Shown here: piece by piece, positions 36,173 through 43,586 of the stretch
Position numbering within the stretch: the stretch's first letter is position 1
Layout: each line of letters opens with the position of its first letter
The notes under the pieces: model-generated
What the model was told of the DNA's origin: nothing
Database searches by the model: none
The model's input: only the letters and a program-made list of their open reading frames with translations
Origin: Octopus sinensis
Taxonomy: Eukaryota
Assembly (NCBI RefSeq): GCF_006345805.1
Contig: NW_021835009.1
Location: 1-43,586 of the forward strand
Direction: 5' to 3'
Length of the DNA: 43,586 bases
Position numbers and translations under genes: made by a program

Positions 36173-37255
36173 AAGGCGGCGAGCTGGCAGAAACGTTAGC
36201 GCGCCGGGCGGAATGCGTAGCCGTATTTCGTCTGCCGTTACATTCTGAGTTCAAACTCCGCCGAGGTCGACTTTGCCTTTCATCCTTTCGGGGTCTATTA
36301 AATAAATACCAGTTACGCACTGGAGTCGATATAATCGACTTATTCAGTTTGTCTGTCCTTGTTTGTCCCTTCTGTGTTTAGCCCCTTGTGGGTAATAAAG
36401 AAATAGGTATTTCGTCTGTTTTTATGTTCTGAGTTCAAATTCCGCCGAGGTCGACTTTGCCAATCATCCTTTCGAGGTCGATAAATGAAGTACCAGTTAC
36501 GCACTTAATCCCTTTGTCTGTCCTTGTTTGTCCCTTCTATGTTTAGCCCTTTGTGGGCAATAAAGATATAAGAAACGTTAGCACGACGGGCGAAATGTTT
36601 AGCGGTATTTCGTCTGCCGCTACGTTCTGAGTTCAAATCCCTCCGAAGTCGACTTTGCCCATCATCCTTTCGGGGTCGATAAATTAAGTACCAGTTACGC
36701 ACTGGGGTCGATGTAATCGACTTAATCCCTTTGTCTGTCCTTGTTTGTTCTCTCTGTATTTAGCTCCTTGTGGGTAGTAAAAGAAATAGGTAGTTCGTCT
36801 GCTGCTATGTTCTGAGTTCAAATTCCGCCGAGGTCAACTTTGCCTTTCATCCTTTCGGGGTCGATAAATTAAGTACCGGTTGCGTAATGGGGTCGATCAA
36901 ATCGTTTGGCCCCTCCCCCAAAATGTTGGACCTTGTGCCTAGTGTAGAAAAGAATCATTTAACACGCCAGGCGAAATGCTTAGCGGTTCGTCTCAAATTT
37001 CAAGCCTCATGTCTGGAGTAAAAAGGATTATTATTATTATTAAGGCAGTGTGCTGGCAGAATCGTTAGCACGCCAGGCGAAATGCTTAGCAGCATTCCGT
37101 TTGTCTTTACGTTCTGAGTTCCAATCCAGCTGAGGCCGACTTTGCCTTTCATCCTTTCGGGGTCGATAAATTAAGTACCAGTTAAGTACTGAGGTCGATA
37201 TAATGGACGTACGCCCTCTTCCCCCAAATTGTCGGCCTTGTGCTAAAATTTAAAG
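36173..37255 (+). mobile_element. Tandem array of about 6 SINE F2 units, several headless
   Basis: Junctions read AAAGAAATAGGTA(TT/GT)TCGTCTG, joining a tail directly to a body. Confidence 0.88.
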
Positions 37256-37710
37256 CCATGCGAAAACAATATAACGTACAGAATGGAGGTTCACGTTTAG
37301 ATAAAATAAGTTTAGCCGTCACTTGCAAGCGAGTATCACCCGGTATCTTGCATCACGCTTTTGCGAATTGTTTTGGGTCCCTGTGTAGGTGTGGGGAGCC
37401 TTAGGTACTCATTGGGTCCTGTTATAATTGGTCAAGAGAGCATCGAAGATATAACAGATGGAGAAAGCTGCTCCAGTATCTTGGTAGGGACTTATTTTCA
37501 ATTGAGTAGGCTGAAGTACTTTGCTCAAAAATATAAGCCACCTTGTACAGGAATGGAACCTACGACTTGCTGATGATGAACACAGCACCCTTAACCACTT
37601 GGCTACGCATCTTCCCACGCAGCGCTAAATGTACTAAATAGTTATTACGTCTCACGCCATTTGTAATCAAACGCTTCCTGTATATGCATTCACATAGGTG
37701 TATCGGTGTA

Positions 37711-37933
37711 TAGAAGGGGGCCGTGCTAAAACGTTCCTAGCTTTAAGGGTGTCGCGAAAGGCCTGGTTTGAGGCCCAACCATCTGAGTTCTTTTACAGGG
37801 CTTTGAAAAACTGAAGGACCGCTGCAATAAGTGTGTGAATCTGAGAGGGGAATATGTTGGCTAAAATCGTAATTAACTGATCTTCCAGTATTTTCTTTTA
37901 CCCAAACCAGGAACTTTTCAGCACCCCCTCGTA
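37711..37933 (+). mobile_element. mariner-derived MITE retaining the transposase C-terminus
   Basis: TIR TACGAGGGGGTGCTGAAAAGTTCCTGG (right end, reverse complement); encodes GFEKLKDRCNKCVNLRGEYV. Second copy at 42547-42776. Confidence 0.8.
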
Positions 37934-37971
37934 TCTACCGTCTGTAATCACCCGTTTACGAAGGTGCGTGG

Positions 37972-38255
37972 CTTGGTGGTTAGGGCATTCAGTTTGCGGT
38001 CCTAAGATCGTGAGTTCAATTTCTAGCGACGCGTTGGGTTCTTGAGCAAGAACATTTTACTTCTCATTGCTCCAGTCCACTCAGCTTGCAGAAATGAGCT
38101 GTGTTTGTAATTCAAAGGGACCAGCTTTATCACATTCTGTGTCACACTGAATCCCCCTGAGAACTACATTAAGGATACGCTTGTCCGTGGTGTACTCAGG
38201 CAGGTTGTTCCATTGATCAGCCCAACTGGGACACTCGTCGTCGTGACCGACGAAA
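37972..38255 (+). mobile_element. Chimeric SINE: F4-type head/core with an F1-type 3' module
   Basis: TCTTGAGCAAGAACA..TTGCTCCAGTCCACTCAGC followed by TCACATTCTGTGTCACACTGAATCCCCCTGAGAACTAC..CTCGTCGTCGTGACCGACG. Confidence 0.75.
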
Positions 38256-38559
38256 TACAAGTTTTTTTTTTTAATCACTTGTTTATATACACGTATAAAC
38301 ATGGGTGTATAGGTGTGTTTCCCAGCTGATATATCACCGATGTACTGTTGGGCCAAGTATAGGACTTACAGGAGGTTGTTTATGTCTGCTCACGCTCACA
38401 GAGATATCGAAATCAATTCACGATAACGCGGTACAAATGAATCGGTGGTTCTCGCTTGCGAGTGACGGCTAAGCTAGCTTTATCTAGAAGCGAACCTTTA
38501 TTCTGTGTTACATACTGAAGGTTAATAAAAATCATTTCATAAATACAATTAATTTTCTC

Positions 38560-39120
38560 GTGCCATGACGGTAGGCGCCCCATCTGGGATGTTACATGCC
38601 GTGAGACCTTTTCCAGCGGCAACTTGGTGCATTCAGCTACCACCCCAAGCGCCGCTGCACGTCAGGCTGATGAAAACAAACTGTCATGGTATCTCGGCGG
38701 AATTTGAAGTCTGTCGCTACGTTCTGAGTTCAAATTCCGCCGAGGTCGACTTTGCCTTTCATCCTTTCGGGGTCGATTAAATAAGTACCAGTTACGCACT
38801 GTGGTCGATATAATCGACTTAATCCGTTTGTCTGTCCTTGTTTGTTCCCTCTGTGTTTAGCCCCTTGTGGGTTGTAAAGAAATAGGTATCGGTCGCTCTC
38901 CGACAGGTTCATGGTTGAGCCTGTGGCAGTTGAGACCCAAAGTGTTCTTGGCCCCCGGACCATATCCCTGCTCACCGCTTTCGGGACAGAGAGTGTTGTC
39001 CACAAACGGAAGTCTCGCAAGTCAGTGTGGCTGTTCCAGCGCATCTCCCACGCCATCCTCCGGGGCAACGCCTTTCCCATTTTGTCTGCTGGGGCCATGA
39101 GAGATGTTTCCATCGTTAAT
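38560..39120 (+). mobile_element. CRE-clade-like non-LTR retrotransposon 3' fragment (restriction-like endonuclease)
   Basis: IWDVTCRETF..AAARQADENKLSWY/RSLSDRFMVEPVAVET..LGP..WLFQRISHAILRGNA, split by a SINE. Confidence 0.75.
38694..38890 (+). mobile_element. 5'-truncated SINE F2 inside the CRE-like fragment
   Basis: Flanked by GGTATC at 38688-38693 and 38885-38890. Confidence 0.88.
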
Positions 39121-39227
39121 CCATCCTGCACACAATAAGCTTAAAAGTGTTTCACAGACATAATCCTCCAATTAGCAATTCTAAACTTAATCCGGATTCC
39201 AATGTATATCTCATGTATCTCGTAGCA

Positions 39228-39444
39228 TGTTTTATCTTTTGCTTGTTTCAGTCACTGGACTGCGGCCATGCTGGAGCACAACCTCGGAAAATTTTAGTCG
39301 ATCGAATCAGACCCAGCAGCTTTCTTTTTAAAGTTTGGTACTTATTCTATCGGTGTCTTTTGCCGAAACACTAAGTTACAGGGACGCAAACTCACTAACA
39401 CCAATTGTCATGTGATCGTGAGGAGACAAACACAGAGAAACTCA

Positions 39445-39493
<49 letters not shown>

Positions 39494-40050
39494 TCATAGT
39501 GGAGGCGCAATGGCCCAGTAGTTGGGACAGCGGACTCGCGGTCATAGCATCGCGGTTTCGATTCTCAGACCGGGCTTTGTGAGTGTTTATTGAGCGAAAA
39601 CACCTAAAGCTCTACGAGCACCAGCAGAGGGGGGGGGGGCGAACCCTGCTGTTCTTCCATCACAACTTTCTCCCACTCTTTCTTCCTATTTCTCTTGTAC
39701 CTGTATTTCAAAGGGTCAGCTTTGTCACACTCTGTGTCACGCTGAATCTCCCCGAGAACTACGTTAAGGGTACACGTGTCTGTGGAATGCTCAGCCACTC
39801 GCACGTTAATTTCCCGAGCAGGCTGTTCCGTTGATTCGGATCAACCGGAACCCTCGACGTCGTAACCGACGGAGTACCGTAGTATATTCATAAACGACGG
39901 GCTTCTATCAGTTTCCGTCTACCAAATCCACTCACAAGGCTTTGGTCGGCCCGAGGCTATAGTAGAAGACACTTGCCCAAGGTGCCACGCAATGGGACTG
40001 AACCCGGAACCATGTGGTTGGGAAGCAAGCTTCTTACCACACAGCCACGC
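39228..40050 (-). mobile_element. SINE F3 interrupted at its central CA tract by an F1 SINE
   Basis: 3' half 39228-39490 and 5' half 39893-40050. Confidence 0.82.
39499..39883 (+). mobile_element. SINE F1 with 9-bp TSD
   Basis: ATATTCATA at 39490-39498 and 39884-39892. Confidence 0.9.
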
Positions 40051-40543
40051 CTGAGCCTAGTCACGCCTGCACCTGCAGATAAATCTTGAGAACAAAATCT
40101 TATATGGACCCCACCAAGGGTCATATTGGACGGACCCCGGTTGAGAACCACTGGTTTAACAGACTGATTCTCCCTCTCCCCCTCTCCCCCTCTCTCTCTC
40201 TCTCTCTAATAGATATAATTCTTGTTGAACATAAGCTTCGGGTGAACGTTCGCATCTACGTAAAGTTAAATTTATTGTTTTGCATTTATAAAAAGATTTT
40301 TTTCGGATCTGTTTTGTTTGGCTGACAGTTTTCAATCTCTTCAATTCCTGCTCGAATTGATTTCATTTTCGTTGAAGTGATAAGATTTTATATGCTAATC
40401 TCTGCTTTAAAATTAATTTTCTCAATAAATCATTAAATAAAGAGTATTAAATAAACAAACTGAAAAGATCCATGTGACCGCGTGTGTATCGTTGGCGATT
40501 TTCGTTCTCCATCTTCCCTTCCTTGGAGCTTTCCTTTTCCTAT

Positions 40544-40578
40544 GTTTCTGACGAAGAGCTCCACTCGAAACGTTAAAT
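40544..40578 (+). ncRNA. Minimal type I hammerhead motif, canonical core
   Basis: GTTT-CTGACGA-A-GAG-CTCCA-CTC-GAA-ACGT-T-AAAT; predicted GUU site ending at 40574. Confidence 0.58.
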
Positions 40579-40789
40579 CCTCCTTTCTTTCCTTTCCTGA
40601 GGAAATAAAAATGTGTACCCTATTCTATTTTTTCTTTCTCACTTGACCGCTGGTAGCGGAGAATTTTTCTAGAATTTTTTGCTACCCTAAAATTTATTAA
40701 TATATATATATATATATTAGAGTAAGCCCATAAATGTGAAACAAGGAGGGAAAAATAGTACTCGAATACCATAGGTAGAGTAATATGCT

Positions 40790-40938
40790 TTATTAAAAAG
40801 CAGCAGAAATATCACAAAAACTGTTACTCAGAGTTTCACGTTCCCGTTCGTCGGACGGCTTTGGTTGGTCCGACGAACGGGAACGTGAAACTCTGAGTAA
40901 CAGTTTTTGCGATATCTTTGCAGCTTTATTAATAAGGA
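40790..40938. repeat. Inverted repeat (perfect 42-bp arms 40815-40856 and 40868-40909) carrying a hammerhead-like motif on both strands
   Basis: CCGACGA-ACG-GGAA-CGT-GAA-ACTC-T-GAGT-A-ACAG at 40870-40903, and its mirror. Confidence 0.9.
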
Positions 40939-40958
40939 ATGTGTGTGCGTATATATAT

Positions 40959-40993
<35 letters not shown>

Positions 40994-41115
40994 TTTGCAC
41001 CATTATGTTTTTGAAAATAGTTTCTTAATCAGATTGAAATGCTTATTCTTTGATCTCTAAAGACTATAATATATTTTAAATACTCAAATAATCGACTAAT
41101 TCAGTATTTTCACAT

Positions 41116-41153
41116 TTGTCTGATGAATGGTTACGTGAAACTCCGAGTAACAG
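41116..41153 (+). ncRNA. Minimal type I hammerhead motif, canonical core (same family as 40870)
   Basis: TTGT-CTGATGA-ATG-GTTA-CGT-GAA-ACTC-C-GAGT-A-ACAG; predicted GUA site ending at 41149. Confidence 0.6.
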
Positions 41154-41293
41154 TTTGTGAAGGTTTATTTTCTGCTTTAATAAATAGTATTGTGTGTGGT
41201 TGGTGTATATATGTATATATATATATGTATTAATTGTATATATATGTATATATATATGATATATAGATATATTTATATATATATATATATATA

Positions 41294-41327
<34 letters not shown>

Positions 41328-41688
41328 AGAGAAAAAAGTGTACGTACGCTCTATATATGTTTTTGAAAATAGATATGTTTTTGTATATATATATGGGACA
41401 AGAAAGCAAAACATCCGGACAACTAGGTGATACAAAAAAGGACAACAAAACATCCAGCGAGACGATACAAAAAACACGGATGGGTCATTCGAAGCCTTTT
41501 ATCCTCAGTCAAGAACCGGATCATCCTCGCAATTTCAGCTGATTAATCTTGAGATTGCTCCAATCTGGCCAGCCCCAAGGAAAAAACTAAGCTAAGAGCA
41601 TTAGATTCCTTGGAAGAAAGCATCGAATGTATACGAAAACAAGGACGGGAAAACAGACAATGTTACACGAATATAAAAACAAAATTAC

Positions 41689-41731
<43 letters not shown>

Positions 41732-42546
41732 TAATAATAACAGGTGTCTTTCGACTGGGGACGAATTGAATTCAGCTGGCGTGTGTGGAAATGAAGTCTT
41801 ACGGCAGAGATAGAAAATTTTCACGAACACAGGGAAGAATATCGATGTAGCAGTGACCACAGTCAGATGCAAGATATAAATATAAATTTAAGTCACAATA
41901 TATAGATTCAACAATATTAATTTAAAGATTGTTTATATTAATGCAGACATGTAAATAATTTGTTATAAAATATAATAATATACATTATCTGCACATGTTT
42001 CATTAAGCTACGAAACAATTGTTGTTAAATAAGAATTTCCGATGGTTGAATAAGTTTTATCATTGTATATTTCTCTCGTTATTTATAATTTCATATATAT
42101 ATGAAATTTTTAAATTTTATAAATTATATATTTTGTATATTATATTAATTATTTTTATTTTTTTGTTTTGATTTATGTTTTTCATTGTTTGATTTGCCTA
42201 ATAGTGGTTTTATCTCTAATTTAATTTATATATATATATACAGAGAGACAGAGAGACGGGGAGGGGAGGGAGAGAGAGAGTCTGATAGTTTGAAGACAAG
42301 AGGGAAATTGCAGAAACGTACAGTGTTTCACTGGTGCATAATTTATCGACCCCGAAAGGATGAAGAGCAAAGTCGACCCCGGCGGAATTTGAACTCAGAA
42401 CGTAAAATATTTTTTATTAAATAACAATATGGTCAATGATGTAACGGTTGTACCAGACGTCATCAGCGCAGCAGTTGTTTTATCTGGTCTCGAAGAGAAC
42501 GAGATAGACATATACAAAACAGATGGGATCTCATCCATTGCTTAAG

Positions 42547-42776
42547 TATGAAGGGGCGGAGGGGTGCGGTGTTGAAAACTTTTGGCTTTAAGGGTATCGC
42601 GAAAGGCCTAGTTGGAGGCCCAAACTTCCGAATTCTTATAAAGGGCTCAGAAAAACTGAAGGACCGCTGCAATAAGTGTGTAAATCTGAGAGGGGAATAT
42701 GTTGAATAAGATAATTAACTGATCTTACTGTATTTTCTTTCCCCAAAAGCCAGGAAGTTTTCAGCACTCTCTCGTA
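42547..42776 (+). mobile_element. mariner-derived MITE, second copy
   Basis: Homologous to 37711-37933; TA at both ends. Confidence 0.8.
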
Positions 42777-42890
42777 ATTTGCATAATGGAAACGAAAATG
42801 AGGTTAAGAGATGTACTTTGGCGCAGATCGTAGCGTGAAGACGGACATTAAAACTGAATAAAAGTGTTGGTATATATTTGTGTACATAGA

Positions 42891-43122
42891 AGGCGGCGAG
42901 CTGGGAGAACCGTTAGCAGGCCGGTCGAAATGCGTAGCCGTATTTCGTCTGCTGTTACGTTCTGAGTTCAAATTCCGCCGAGGTCGACTTTGCCTTTCAT
43001 CCTTTCGGGCTCGATAAATAAAGTACCAGTTGCGCACTGGGATGGATATAATCGACTTAATCCGTCTGTCTATCGTTATTTGTCTCCTCTATGTTTAGCC
43101 CCTTGTGGGTAGTAAAGAAATA
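42891..43122 (+). mobile_element. SINE F2, full length with 22-bp TSD (1 mismatch)
   Basis: GGTATATATTTGTG(T/G)ACATAGA at 42869-42890 and 43123-43144. Confidence 0.93.
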
Positions 43123-43168
43123 GGTATATATTTGTGGACATAGACAGATTGTGGTGCATGTATGTGCA

Positions 43169-43219
<51 letters not shown>

Positions 43220-43586
43220 GTGTGTATGTTTGTGTGAGTGTGCATGCATGTGTGTGTGCTTTTATGAGTGTGTGAGTGCGTGCGTATCTTTCGTGGACGA
43301 ATGATGAACATTGGTGATAGAACTGAAGAAAAAGCCTGTTTCGAACCCTGGCGATACGTGCTCCGCACCGACTGACAGACACTCCCTTGTCACTCGTGAT
43401 GTGAAAATAAAAAAATACAATGGATCAGTGATTGGTCAATTTGACAACGCTATTCTTTACTTTTTGTAATATAAAATTAATTAATTAATTAATTAAAACT
43501 GCCACCACCAGCAACAACAAATTCAGTGAGGGAGCCTCAATGTGGTCATTCAACCCACTAGAAGTAGCAGCCAAATTTCACCAAAT

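Noticed and set aside
41480-41510. Minus-strand CTGAGGA..TTCGAAT; similar strings at 13159, 18768, 35932, 38668, 42460 and 43323
   Set aside because: They lack GAAA, stem II or stem I, or lie inside TE coding sequence; consistent with chance.

Overview
Eukaryotic, repeat-saturated intergenic or intronic DNA. The SINE families and extreme microsatellite density resemble what I recall of Octopus genomes; this is inference, not a database match. I found no convincing host protein-coding gene, and the long ORFs in the track are low-complexity artefacts. Supported content: (1) one intact tRNA-Thr(UGU) gene with an oligo-T terminator; (2) about 30 tRNA-derived SINE copies of at least 4 modular families, labelled F1-F4 here, some with clear target-site duplications (TSDs); (3) decayed non-LTR retrotransposons: two L1/Tx1 3' ends embedded in (GATA)n, four R4/Dong-like pieces tied to (TAA)n, one CRE-like piece and one RTE-like piece; (4) mariner, hAT and Tigger-like DNA-transposon remnants; (5) non-autonomous Helitrons, including a head-to-tail dimer; (6) a 19-bp minisatellite and kb-scale simple repeats. 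The most interesting signal is absent from the ORF track: about ten short elements, mostly (TA)n-flanked and from several sequence families, carry minimal type I hammerhead-ribozyme motifs (stem I-CUGANGA-stem II-GAAA-palindromic stem III-UH-stem I). Three have canonical cores (4857-4959, 40544-40578, 41116-41153). Four long near-perfect inverted repeats have their symmetry axis at or in such a motif. This fits Penelope-like element pseudo-LTRs or retrozyme-like non-autonomous elements. No Penelope ORF is visible here and self-cleavage is untested. Repeat boundaries were read by eye and are approximate unless a TSD or terminal motif is cited.
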